This document shows, piece after piece, positions 50,524 through 59,214 of a DNA stretch of 64,000 nt. The translations under genes were made by a program, and so were the position numbers. The notes under the pieces were generated by a model that worked only from the letters and a program-made list of their open reading frames with translations, searched no databases and was not told the DNA's origin. The first letter of the stretch is position 1, and each line of letters opens with the position of its first letter. Source of the stretch: Methanomassiliicoccaceae archaeon (GTDB lineage: Archaea; Thermoplasmatota; Thermoplasmata; Methanomassiliicoccales; Methanomassiliicoccaceae); NCBI GenBank assembly GCA_040776945.1, contig JAXGZN010000001.1:320001-384000 (forward strand), written 5' to 3'.

Positions 50524-51350
50524 TCTTCTGGAAGTACCATGGGTTGGGCAATGATTTCATATTGATAGAGGACCCCGACCTCAAGGCCCCGGTCGACCCC
50601 GATGCCGTGGTCAGGCTGTGCGACCGGCGCACCGGGATCGGCGCGGACGGCATTCTCTACATAAGGCCGGACCCGGAGGCCGATGCGTTCATGAAGATCA
50701 TGAACTCCGACGGCAGCGAGGCGGAGATGTGCGGCAACGGTATACGATGCGCCGCCAAACACCTCTACGATCTCTCCCCGCGGCCGTCGGGATCCATGAG
50801 GATCAACACCTTGGCAGGCGCCATGGACATCGAGGTCACGGCCTCTGGCGGGGAAGCGACCGAGATCTCAGTGAACATGGGCGCGCCCCGCCTGGATTGC
50901 CTCGATATCCCCATGGCCTGCGAAGGGCGGTTCATCGACCGTGAGATAATCGTACATGGGCGTGGGATCAGAGGGACCGCGGTCAGCATGGGCAACCCTC
51001 ACTTCATCACCTTCCAGGAGCTTTCCGAACATGAGATGTGCTCTTTGGGGCCCGAGATCCTTTCCCACGCAATGTTTCCGAACAAGACCAATGTTGAGTT
51101 CGTGCGGCCCCGCGAGGGCCGCCTCGACGTGAAGGTGCTCGAACGAGGCGCGGGCTGGACCCAGGCCTGCGGCACGGGCGCGTGCGCCGTGGCGGTCGCC
51201 GCCGGATTGACAGGGGTTGCCCCCCTGGGCACGGATGTGAAGGTCGGCCTCCCCGGAGGAGAACTAAGGATAAATGTCAATAAGGACCTGACCATGGTCC
51301 GCATGACCGGCCCTGCCGTTCGGGTGTACCAGGGCGAGATAGATATCTGA
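50520..51350 (+). CDS. dapF: Diaminopimelate epimerase
   Basis: KYHGLGNDF, EMCGNG, MGNPH, ERGAG.T.ACGTG. Confidence 0.96.
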   Translation: MIFWKYHGLGNDFILIEDPDLKAPVDPDAVVRLCDRRTGIGADGILYIRPDPEADAFMKIMNSDGSEAEMCGNGIRCAAKHLYDLSPRPSGSMRINTLAGAMDIEVTASGGEATEISVNMGAPRLDCLDIPMACEGRFIDREIIVHGRGIRGTAVSMGNPHFITFQELSEHEMCSLGPEILSHAMFPNKTNVEFVRPREGRLDVKVLERGAGWTQACGTGACAVAVAAGLTGVAPLGTDVKVGLPGGELRINVNKDLTMVRMTGPAVRVYQGEIDI

Positions 51351-51363
51351 TAGAGGTGTATGA

Positions 51364-52515
51364 ATGCCAAAGGATTTTGCTTATCGCTTGAGGAAGATCC
51401 CGCCTTACCTGTTCGCGGAGATCGAGGAGAAGGTCAACAGGAAGAAGGCCGAGGGTCTAGACATCATAGATCTGGGCATCGGGGACCCCGACCTGCCCAC
51501 ACCGCGCCCGCTGGTTGAAGAGGTCAAGAGGCAGCTGGACGATCAGGAGAACCACCGATATCCATCCTCAGGAGGGGAGCGCGACACGCGCGTCGCGGTG
51601 GCGGAGTGGTATGGCCGCAGGTTCGGCGTGGACGTCGATCCGGACCGAGAGGTCGCCATCCTCCTAGGCAGCAAGGAGGGCCTCGCCAACATAGCCCGGG
51701 CGTTCGTTAACCCCGACGATCATGTGCTGTGCCCCGATCCCGCGTATCCGGTGTATGCGCAGGGCGCCACGCTGCTGTGCGATGCGGTGCCGGTGAAGGT
51801 CCCTCTGCGTGAGCGCGACGGGTTCCTGCCGGACGTAGATCTCCTGCCCTCCGACGCCCGCATGCTGTACCTGAACTATCCGAACAATCCCACAGGTGCG
51901 ACCGCCACGCCGGAGTTCCTCAAGGACGCGGTTCGCTGGTGCAGCGAGACCGAGACCATCTTGTGCTATGACAACGCGTACTCGGAGATGACCTTCGACG
52001 ACTACATCGCCCCTTCGGTACTGGAGTTCGGCCGGGAGGCCATCGAGTTCGGTTCACTGTCTAAGACCTTCAACATGACCGGGTATCGGCTGGGCTATGC
52101 GGTGGGCGACCCGACGCTCATCGCCGGGCTGAAGAAGGTGAAATCCCAGGTGGATTCCGGCGCTCCCAAGTTCATACAGAAGGCCGCCTCGATCGCCCTG
52201 GGCCAATATAATGGCCGTTCCCGCCCAGCGATGGTGGAGGACAGCGTCAAGGTGTATAAGGAGCGCAGGGACGTCATGGTCAGGGGCCTTCGTGAGCTGG
52301 GTTTCAACGTTACCCTGCCTAAGGGCACGTTCTACCTGTTCTTCGGCATAGGGGGCAGCTCGATCGATTTCGCCAACCGGTTGCTCGATGCAGGCGTGGT
52401 GGTCACTCCAGGCATCGGTTTCGGACAGAACGGGGAGGGCTTCGTGCGCATGGCCCTCACTCAGCCGGTCTCGAGGCTGGAAGAAGCTCTGGAACGGATG
52501 AGGAAGGCCCTTTAG
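51364..52515 (+). CDS. dapL: LL-diaminopimelate aminotransferase
   Basis: PPYLFA, LGIGDPD, GSKEG, NYPNNPTG, SLSKTFNMTG; located in the dap operon. Confidence 0.88.
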   Translation: MPKDFAYRLRKIPPYLFAEIEEKVNRKKAEGLDIIDLGIGDPDLPTPRPLVEEVKRQLDDQENHRYPSSGGERDTRVAVAEWYGRRFGVDVDPDREVAILLGSKEGLANIARAFVNPDDHVLCPDPAYPVYAQGATLLCDAVPVKVPLRERDGFLPDVDLLPSDARMLYLNYPNNPTGATATPEFLKDAVRWCSETETILCYDNAYSEMTFDDYIAPSVLEFGREAIEFGSLSKTFNMTGYRLGYAVGDPTLIAGLKKVKSQVDSGAPKFIQKAASIALGQYNGRSRPAMVEDSVKVYKERRDVMVRGLRELGFNVTLPKGTFYLFFGIGGSSIDFANRLLDAGVVVTPGIGFGQNGEGFVRMALTQPVSRLEEALERMRKAL

Positions 52516-53735
52516 GCCTTCCGACATTGTTTAAGGGCCTCGATCGCCGGCAGGGGCTTGCCCAGGACGAACGTCTCCAGGGCCCCGCCGGCGGTCGAAA
52601 CGTAGGAGAACTTCTCCGCCAGGCCGAACCGCTCGGCCGCTCCAACGGTGTGCCCTCCGCCGATCAGGGTGAAAGCCTTGGAGTGCACCATCGCAGACAT
52701 AATCTCCCTGGTCCCCAGGCAGAACTGCTCCTTCTCGATGAGCCCCGCCGGTCCGGACATGAATATCGTCCTTGCTGGTCCCAACACCTTGGCGAACTTG
52801 GCGACGGAGAACTTGCCCACATCATATATCGGCACATCTATTGGCAGGTCCCCGACCATCATGTCCCTCCTCTGGCCGTTGATCTCGACCGCAACATCGA
52901 AGGGCAGGAGGATGCGTTCCCCGTGCTCCTTGAACAATGCCTTAGCGGCCTCCAGCGTCTCCGGGGTCAGCTCGTTCTCCAGGATCTTGGTCGACCTCTC
53001 CCCGAGCTTGATCCCCCGGGCGATGAGGAAAGCATTGGCACTAAGGCCGACCAGTATCACCCAGTCCGCGGTCCCGCTCTTCAACAGCCTTTCGATGACC
53101 GTGATGGAGTCGCCGAACTTGGCCCCTCCCAATATGAAAACCGCCGGGTGGTCGGGATCGTTGAAGACCGACTGCAACGCGGTAAGCTCCTTCTCCATGA
53201 GACGGCCTACTGCCGACGGGAGCACTTTGGGGAAGCCGACCAGGGAGCACTGGGAGCGGTGAGCGGCGGCGAAAGCGTCGTTGACATAATAGTCCGCGAG
53301 AGGCGCAAGCACCGTGACGAGCTCGCTCTTGGCATGTTCGTCCATGCTCTTCTTTTCCAGCTCGTATGGCAGCTCCCGAACGTTCTTCAGCAGCAAGGCG
53401 TTGCCGGGGGTGAGCGCTCTTATCTCGGCCACCGCGGTCTCGCCCACGATGTCGTCGATGTATCTGACCTGCTTGCCCAGATACTTGGAGAGGTACACGG
53501 CGTGCCTGTCCAGGGGCGCGTAGTCCCAGTCGCCCGGCCTTCCTTGATGCGCGATGATCACCACCTTGGCCCCTTGCTCCAATAGCTCGCGGACCGTCGG
53601 TATGATCTGCCGGATGCGGTTGTCGTCCTCGATATCCAGAGTTTCCTTGGTCAGGGGACAGTTGATGTCCACCCTCAGCAGAACGGTCTTGTTCTGGAAG
53701 TCAAAATCATCGAGCGTGTTAAACAGCTTCATCAT
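52512..53735 (-). CDS. pgk: Phosphoglycerate kinase
   Basis: LRVDINCP, AHQGRPG, NDAFAAAHR, LGGAK, GGGHT, STAGGA. Confidence 0.95.
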   Translation of the reverse strand: MMKLFNTLDDFDFQNKTVLLRVDINCPLTKETLDIEDDNRIRQIIPTVRELLEQGAKVVIIAHQGRPGDWDYAPLDRHAVYLSKYLGKQVRYIDDIVGETAVAEIRALTPGNALLLKNVRELPYELEKKSMDEHAKSELVTVLAPLADYYVNDAFAAAHRSQCSLVGFPKVLPSAVGRLMEKELTALQSVFNDPDHPAVFILGGAKFGDSITVIERLLKSGTADWVILVGLSANAFLIARGIKLGERSTKILENELTPETLEAAKALFKEHGERILLPFDVAVEINGQRRDMMVGDLPIDVPIYDVGKFSVAKFAKVLGPARTIFMSGPAGLIEKEQFCLGTREIMSAMVHSKAFTLIGGGHTVGAAERFGLAEKFSYVSTAGGALETFVLGKPLPAIEALKQCRKA

Positions 53736-53836
53736 GATCACTGCGGTCAGGCCGGCGCTAGGACCACGATGATGCATGCCGGACATAACCTTTCCGCTGA
53801 CCATAACGGTGCCCACATTTATGCCCGTCCCCGGCC

Positions 53837-54586
53837 ATGACGGGCCGGATGAGGGTACCTTCCTGCCGCCACAGGCTTAGGCCGGACGAGGAGAGCTTTT
53901 GTTGGTTGGAGACAGCGGCCGTTGTTGAGGGTGCCCCTTCGCTGGCATTCAATGATGGGTACGGCCGCCCCCTCAAGTGCACGGGGCGTATTGCCTCGGC
54001 GTGCCCGTTCCGGGAACGTCCCGCACCGAAGGCCAAGGCCCATATGGTCCCTTGCCCTCATTGCCGCGGGCGCCATCGCAACGGTTCGAACAGCCAACAG
54101 CTGTGCGAGGCTTGGAGCGACGTCAAGGCGGTACTGGCCAGGCTCCGCCGGGAGCTGCCGGAGGGGCGCCGCTACTATGGTGAGGGTACCTCAATGCCTC
54201 CCTACGACGAAGGGACCGCCCCCCTAATCCAGCGGCTGGTATGGCAAAGGCTGCAGCCCTTGGTGCTCAGACGCGATAGATATCGCTGCCAGGACTGCGG
54301 CGTCTGCTTCGGCGCCCGGCGCCGCAAGGTCTACGATCCCTCGCTCCGCCGCGGAAAGGGAGGTTACCGCTGGGAATCGCTGGAGGTGCATCACATCATC
54401 GCCCGCTCCCTTGGAGGCTCCGATCATCCTGGAAACCTTAAGACGCTGTGTCCCTCATGCCACGCCCTCTATACTCAGGAACAGGCAGCGGCTAGGGCCG
54501 CGGACCGAAGGAGGCGGGAGTCGATGCTGCAGGCACTGGACAAGTTGGACAATGAGGACGATGGTTTCAACGAGATCTATGACTGA
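53837..54586 (+). CDS. HNH endonuclease with Cys-rich N-terminus
   Basis: RDRYRCQDCG...EVHHII...GGSDHPGNLKTLCPSCH. Confidence 0.82.
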   Translation: MTGRMRVPSCRHRLRPDEESFCWLETAAVVEGAPSLAFNDGYGRPLKCTGRIASACPFRERPAPKAKAHMVPCPHCRGRHRNGSNSQQLCEAWSDVKAVLARLRRELPEGRRYYGEGTSMPPYDEGTAPLIQRLVWQRLQPLVLRRDRYRCQDCGVCFGARRRKVYDPSLRRGKGGYRWESLEVHHIIARSLGGSDHPGNLKTLCPSCHALYTQEQAAARAADRRRRESMLQALDKLDNEDDGFNEIYD

Positions 54587-54713
54587 AGGGGCCTCTAGCT
54601 CGTTCGACGACAGGACAGAGCTCCCCAAAGGGGTCGGAATAACCTAAATACGCAAAGGGCTTTTGTGGAACGCTGCCAAGGGGTGCAGGGACCTGACCCC
54701 GGGAGATGGCTCC

Positions 54714-55694
54714 TTGATAGAAACGGTCACGATGGAATGGCTAGTTTTTTTTGTCGTCATCTCGGTCCTGATGGTGCTGGACCTGGGCGTGTTCAACCGC
54801 AGGGCGCGTACCGTTCAAGCCCGGGGGGCGCTGCTGCAGGTCGCCTTCTTCATGTCTGTCGCCATCATGTTCAATGCCGGCATATATCTCTGGATCGGAT
54901 CGCAGGCGGGCTTGGAGTTCACTACTGGCTACGTCATGGAGCTTATGCTGAGCGTTGACAACCTGTTCGTGTTCGTCATCGTTTTCGCTTCCTTCTCGGT
55001 TCCGACGAGGGTCCAGCACAAAGTGCTGTTCTACGGGATCATAGGCGCCCTGGTGTTCAGGCTGGCGTTCATCCTCGCAGGGGTGGCGCTGGTAAACGCG
55101 TTCTCATGGGTGCTTTACATCTTCGGAGCCTTCCTGATATTTACGGGCATCAGCATGGTGGTCAGGAAAGAGGAGAAGAAGGTGGAGCCTGACAAGAACA
55201 TCATGGTGCGCGGGTTCCGTAAGATCATGCCGGTCACCAAGGGCTATGAGGGCGACCATTTCTTCGTCCGCCGGCTCGGAGCGAAGGGGAAGATGGTGCT
55301 GTGGGCAACCCCCATGTTCGTTACCCTCTTGGTCGTGGAGACGACGGACATCATGTTCGCCGTTGACTCCATCCCCGCCATCCTTGGCATCACCACCGAT
55401 CCGTTCATCGTTTTCAGCTCCAATGTTTTCGCCATCCTCGGCCTGAGGTCGATGTACTTCGCGCTGGCCCATATCATGAACGCCTTTTGCTATCTCAAAT
55501 ACGGCCTGGCCGGGATCCTGACCTTCGTCGGGATTAAGATGATCGTCGCCGACCTCTACCACTTGGACGTTTTGCTGTCCCTCACCATCATCGTCATAAT
55601 ACTTGGGATGGCAATAGCTGCCTCGCTGATCAAGAACAGGCGGGACGCAAAGCATGCCGAGCCAAAGAAGGCCGAGCGCGAGCAAGTTCCGTGA
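54714..55694 (+). CDS. TerC/Alx family membrane protein
   Basis: LSVDNLFVF, VLFYGI.GA, DIMFAVDSIPA, SNVFAILGLRS; start TTG 54714 or ATG 54732. Confidence 0.93.
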   Translation: MIETVTMEWLVFFVVISVLMVLDLGVFNRRARTVQARGALLQVAFFMSVAIMFNAGIYLWIGSQAGLEFTTGYVMELMLSVDNLFVFVIVFASFSVPTRVQHKVLFYGIIGALVFRLAFILAGVALVNAFSWVLYIFGAFLIFTGISMVVRKEEKKVEPDKNIMVRGFRKIMPVTKGYEGDHFFVRRLGAKGKMVLWATPMFVTLLVVETTDIMFAVDSIPAILGITTDPFIVFSSNVFAILGLRSMYFALAHIMNAFCYLKYGLAGILTFVGIKMIVADLYHLDVLLSLTIIVIILGMAIAASLIKNRRDAKHAEPKKAEREQVP

Positions 55695-55798
55695 TCCGCG
55701 ATCGGTCCGATCTTTCTTGAGGGTGTGAAAAAATGGGCCGGGGCGGGGCCGCCCGGACCCGGCCGGGGAAGGGGAGGCCTCTTTGAGCGGCCCTGCTC

Positions 55799-56815
55799 TC
55801 ATTTGCCTATGCTCAGGCTCTTGTCCGTCTTGCTGATGGACTTCATGCCGTCAGGCTCGAGCTTCATCATGGAGCGGATGCAGTCTATGTTCTCCGGGAC
55901 CACATCGCTCTCCTGGTGGATGGCTTGATAGTAATAGAGCGTGTTCCCGACGACCTTAACGCCGTCCTGCCATACAACGATCTCCATGAAGTCCCCGCGG
56001 TCCCGCATCAGGTCCCGGCCGAGCTCCATTATCTGGGCGGTGCTCTTTATGCCGTCCTTGCCTCTTACGAACTTCACCCTGGGCACATTGTCCCATACGG
56101 ACAGCACGTCCTGGTCCTTGGCCTTCTTCCTGAGGTCGGCCGCAATGCAGTGCAGGTGCATCAGGGTGGTAGGGGCCTTCACTGCCATGGTCGTGATGTT
56201 AAGCCACGGCATTATCGTCTGCGCGTCAGGTCCGTGGTGCGTCGGGAGCTTGAGGGATGGTTCCAGCGAGTTCAGCGCCGAGCCCTTTATGTCCGAAGGG
56301 TCTGCGCCCCTCCTGACGATGGTCGCAGAGACCCTGTCCAGACCGAACACCTTGTCCAGCGGATAGAGGGTCCGCACCAGGCCAGTGGTGTTGCAAGAGA
56401 CCACGCGAACGAACTGCGCCCCCCATGCCTCATTATAATTGGCGAAGGCGTTGAACGATATTCCGGCCAAACCGTGGTCCTCCCCTCCCTGGAAGATGGC
56501 CTTGACCCCGGCCTTCTCATACAGGCCCTTATAGTTCTCGGCCACTCCTCCAGGGGTCGCGTCGACGATAATATCGACCTTGCCCAGCAGGTCCTCGATG
56601 GTGCCCGCGACCTTGATCCCTTCCTTTTCAAAGGCGGCCACCTGCTCGGCGGTGGCGGTGTACATGGGGAAGCCTTCCATGCCTGCCAGCCGGGCCTCGT
56701 ACGACGGCCTGGTCTTAGTTACCCCTATGATCTCCATATCGTCCTGGGCCTTCACCGCGCAAGCCACGCGCTTACCGATGGTCCCATAACCGTTGATGCC
56801 GACTCTGACCTTCAT
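55799..56815 (-). CDS. gap: Type II (archaeal) glyceraldehyde-3-phosphate dehydrogenase
   Basis: NGYGTIGKRVA, FQGGE, VVSCNTTG, HHGPD, IHQESDVVPENID. Confidence 0.96.
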   Translation of the reverse strand: MKVRVGINGYGTIGKRVACAVKAQDDMEIIGVTKTRPSYEARLAGMEGFPMYTATAEQVAAFEKEGIKVAGTIEDLLGKVDIIVDATPGGVAENYKGLYEKAGVKAIFQGGEDHGLAGISFNAFANYNEAWGAQFVRVVSCNTTGLVRTLYPLDKVFGLDRVSATIVRRGADPSDIKGSALNSLEPSLKLPTHHGPDAQTIMPWLNITTMAVKAPTTLMHLHCIAADLRKKAKDQDVLSVWDNVPRVKFVRGKDGIKSTAQIMELGRDLMRDRGDFMEIVVWQDGVKVVGNTLYYYQAIHQESDVVPENIDCIRSMMKLEPDGMKSISKTDKSLSIGK

Positions 56816-57026
56816 GTAGACTACTCCATTATCGCTCCTTCCAGGGGGCGAGCGGCTGCCATCCCCGCCTCCACAGGATAGGCGTGTTCACATGCCTATA
56901 TTGTCGGAAGGTTTATTTTTACCGGGTCCTGAACAGTGCCGTTCGATATTGGGCCTCGAGCGCGCATGATTATCGGGAGGGTTCATATGTGGTTAACATG
57001 CGTTATGGGGCCGATCTAGCAAGTGC

Positions 57027-57033
57027 TTATATA
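57027..57033 (+). promoter_or_regulatory. Putative TATA box for the ilv leader/ilvB operon
   Basis: TTATATA ending 21 nt before ATG 57055, spacing consistent with a leaderless transcript starting near that ATG. Confidence 0.6.
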
Positions 57034-57054
57034 CGATTTCCGTAATTCAGGATA

Positions 57055-57126
57055 ATGATGTCAAACGCCACGAAGCGCTCTAACGTTTCTCTGGGCTTGG
57101 GCGTAGTGGTAGTATTGATTAGGTAG
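57055..57126 (+). CDS. Putative ilv operon leader peptide MMSNATKRSNVSLGLGVVVVLIR
   Basis: 23-codon ORF ending CTG GGC TTG GGC GTA GTG GTA GTA TTG ATT AGG TAG, directly upstream of ilvB; followed by a hairpin at 57126-57152. Confidence 0.7.
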   Translation: MMSNATKRSNVSLGLGVVVVLIR

Positions 57127-57174
57127 AGGCATCCAGTTCATTGGGTGACCTCGCTCATTGCAGGGGATGTTTAT

Positions 57175-58845
57175 TTGAGAGGATCAAAGGCCGTTCTCAC
57201 ACTGCTGGAAAAAGAAGGCGTCGATGTCATGTTCGGGTACCCTGGGGGCTCCACCCTAACCCTGTACGATGACATGCTGACGTCTAACATACGCCATGTG
57301 CTGGTCCGCCATGAACAATGCGCGGCGCACATGGCCGACGGGTACGCTAGGGCCACGGGAAAGATCGGAGTGTGCACCTCGACCTCCGGACCTGGCTCCA
57401 CCAACCTGATCACTGGGGTCGCCACCGCCTACGTCGATTCGTCTCCCATGCTGGTGCTCACCGGCCAGGTTACCACCTCGGCTATAGGGAACCAGGCATT
57501 CCAGGAGGCTGACTCGTTCTCCCTGATGATGCCGATCACCAAGCACAACTTCCGCCTCCTGGCCCCATCGGAGATACCGGAGGCGATTAAGCGCGGCGTT
57601 TCCATCGCCAATGCCGGGCGCAAAGGACCGGTGCACATCGACCTGCCGTCGGACGTCCAGAAGGGGGAGGTGCCTGAGGCCGAGATGAGGCGGGAGTTCC
57701 CCGAGCCGCCTCCCCTGGAGGACTTCCATGACCTGCCCGAGGCGATCAAGATCCTCCGGGCCGCGGAGCGGCCGCTGCTCCTGGTGGGCGGAGGGATCAT
57801 ATGGTCCAACGCCAGCCCTGAGGTCGTCCAGCTGGCCGAGATGCTCATGGCACCGGTGACCACCACGATCATGGCCAAGGGCGTTATCCCGGAAGAGCAT
57901 CCGCTGTCGCTAGGCATCATTGGAATGCACGGGAAGGAGGCGGCCCGGAAGGCATTCATGGAGGCCGATGTCATCCTTGCGGTCGGAACCAGGTTCTCGG
58001 ACCGTAGCTCCGGCGCGCAGTCCGAACTTCCCATGTCCACGAAGCTCATACATATTGACATCGATCCCGGCGAAGCGGGGAAGTCCGCCCGCACCCAGGT
58101 CCGCCTTGTAGGCGATGCCAAGAAGGGTCTGCGGCTCCTGATCGACGGTCTGCAGATGAGCAAGGGGGAGACCGCATGGTCCCTCCGCATCAAGGAGATC
58201 CTTAAGAACTGCGCTTGCAACATAAACGTGCCCTCGTCGCCGGTCCTCCCGCAGTTCGCCATCTTCGAGCTGAACCGGACCCTGCCCAAGGACGCCATCG
58301 TCTGCACTGAGGTCGGGCAGAACCAGATGTGGGCTGCCCATTTCTTCAAGGCGCGATATCCGAGGCAGTTCATCACCTCCGGCGGCTTCGGCACGATGGG
58401 CTTCGGGTTCCCCGCCTCGCTAGGGGCGAAGTACGCCTTCCCCAACAAGGTGGTCATCGACATCGCCGGCGATGGCAGCATCCAGATGGTCTCTCACGAG
58501 TTCGCCACGGCGGTCTCCGAGAACCTCCCGGTGGTCGTCTGCGTGTTCAACAACGGCTGGCTGGGCATGGTCCGGCAGTGGCAGAAGCTGTTCGCCGACA
58601 GGCGATACAGCGGGACGGAACTGCGTGAGAATCCGGATTTCGTCAAGCTTGCCCAGGCCTACGGGGCTGACGGCATCCATGTCGAGCGGGCATCCGAACT
58701 TCAGGAAGCGCTCAGGACCGGCATGGACGCCGGGATCCCGTTCCTGATCGATATCCACATGGACCCGGATGAGGACGTCCTTCCGATGATCCCTCCGGGC
58801 GGAAACCCAAACGCGGTCATAAGAGGTAGGTGCATATGGAAGTGA
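57175..58845 (+). CDS. ilvB: Acetolactate synthase large subunit
   Basis: FGYPGG, RHEQ, TSGPG, GPVHIDLP, GQNQMW, TPP motif GDGS...NNG; TTG 57175 after GGGGATG. Confidence 0.96.
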   Translation: MRGSKAVLTLLEKEGVDVMFGYPGGSTLTLYDDMLTSNIRHVLVRHEQCAAHMADGYARATGKIGVCTSTSGPGSTNLITGVATAYVDSSPMLVLTGQVTTSAIGNQAFQEADSFSLMMPITKHNFRLLAPSEIPEAIKRGVSIANAGRKGPVHIDLPSDVQKGEVPEAEMRREFPEPPPLEDFHDLPEAIKILRAAERPLLLVGGGIIWSNASPEVVQLAEMLMAPVTTTIMAKGVIPEEHPLSLGIIGMHGKEAARKAFMEADVILAVGTRFSDRSSGAQSELPMSTKLIHIDIDPGEAGKSARTQVRLVGDAKKGLRLLIDGLQMSKGETAWSLRIKEILKNCACNINVPSSPVLPQFAIFELNRTLPKDAIVCTEVGQNQMWAAHFFKARYPRQFITSGGFGTMGFGFPASLGAKYAFPNKVVIDIAGDGSIQMVSHEFATAVSENLPVVVCVFNNGWLGMVRQWQKLFADRRYSGTELRENPDFVKLAQAYGADGIHVERASELQEALRTGMDAGIPFLIDIHMDPDEDVLPMIPPGGNPNAVIRGRCIWK

Positions 58846-59186
58846 TAAAGATAGTCGGATGTGACTCCCCGGGCCTGTTCCAAAGGATCCTGGTGGAGCT
58901 TGGAAGAAGAAAGATCGAGGTCGAGAAGTCGTTCATGGCCAGGGAGAAGGGGAAGATCAACATAATCGTGGAGGCGGAGACCGGAAGCATGAACGGCAGG
59001 CTGCTCCATGCGATCATGGCCCTACAGGACATCGAGTCCGCGGAGTATATTGCGGAGGACTACTTCTGCTTCTGGGAGACCTCCCCGACCAAGGGATCGG
59101 GATACATCATCGCCTGCGGCCACGACAAGAACGCTGGTGAGATGCGGAGGACGGCCGAACATTGTTTATACAAAGGCACGGATTAG
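58836..59186 (+). CDS. Divergent ACT-domain protein, probable AHAS regulatory subunit
   Basis: DSPGLFQRI...RRKIEVE resembles the IlvN NxPGVL.RI...RR..NI motif; lies between ilvB and ilvC. Confidence 0.6.
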   Translation: MEVIKIVGCDSPGLFQRILVELGRRKIEVEKSFMAREKGKINIIVEAETGSMNGRLLHAIMALQDIESAEYIAEDYFCFWETSPTKGSGYIIACGHDKNAGEMRRTAEHCLYKGTD

Positions 59187-59214
59187 GCTGGAAAGCTCAT
59201 CTGAGCGTGCGAGA

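Noticed and set aside
54587-54713. yybP-ykoY (Mn2+) riboswitch upstream of the terC/alx gene
   Set aside because: The conserved GGGGAGUA and ACC core elements were not recognisable.
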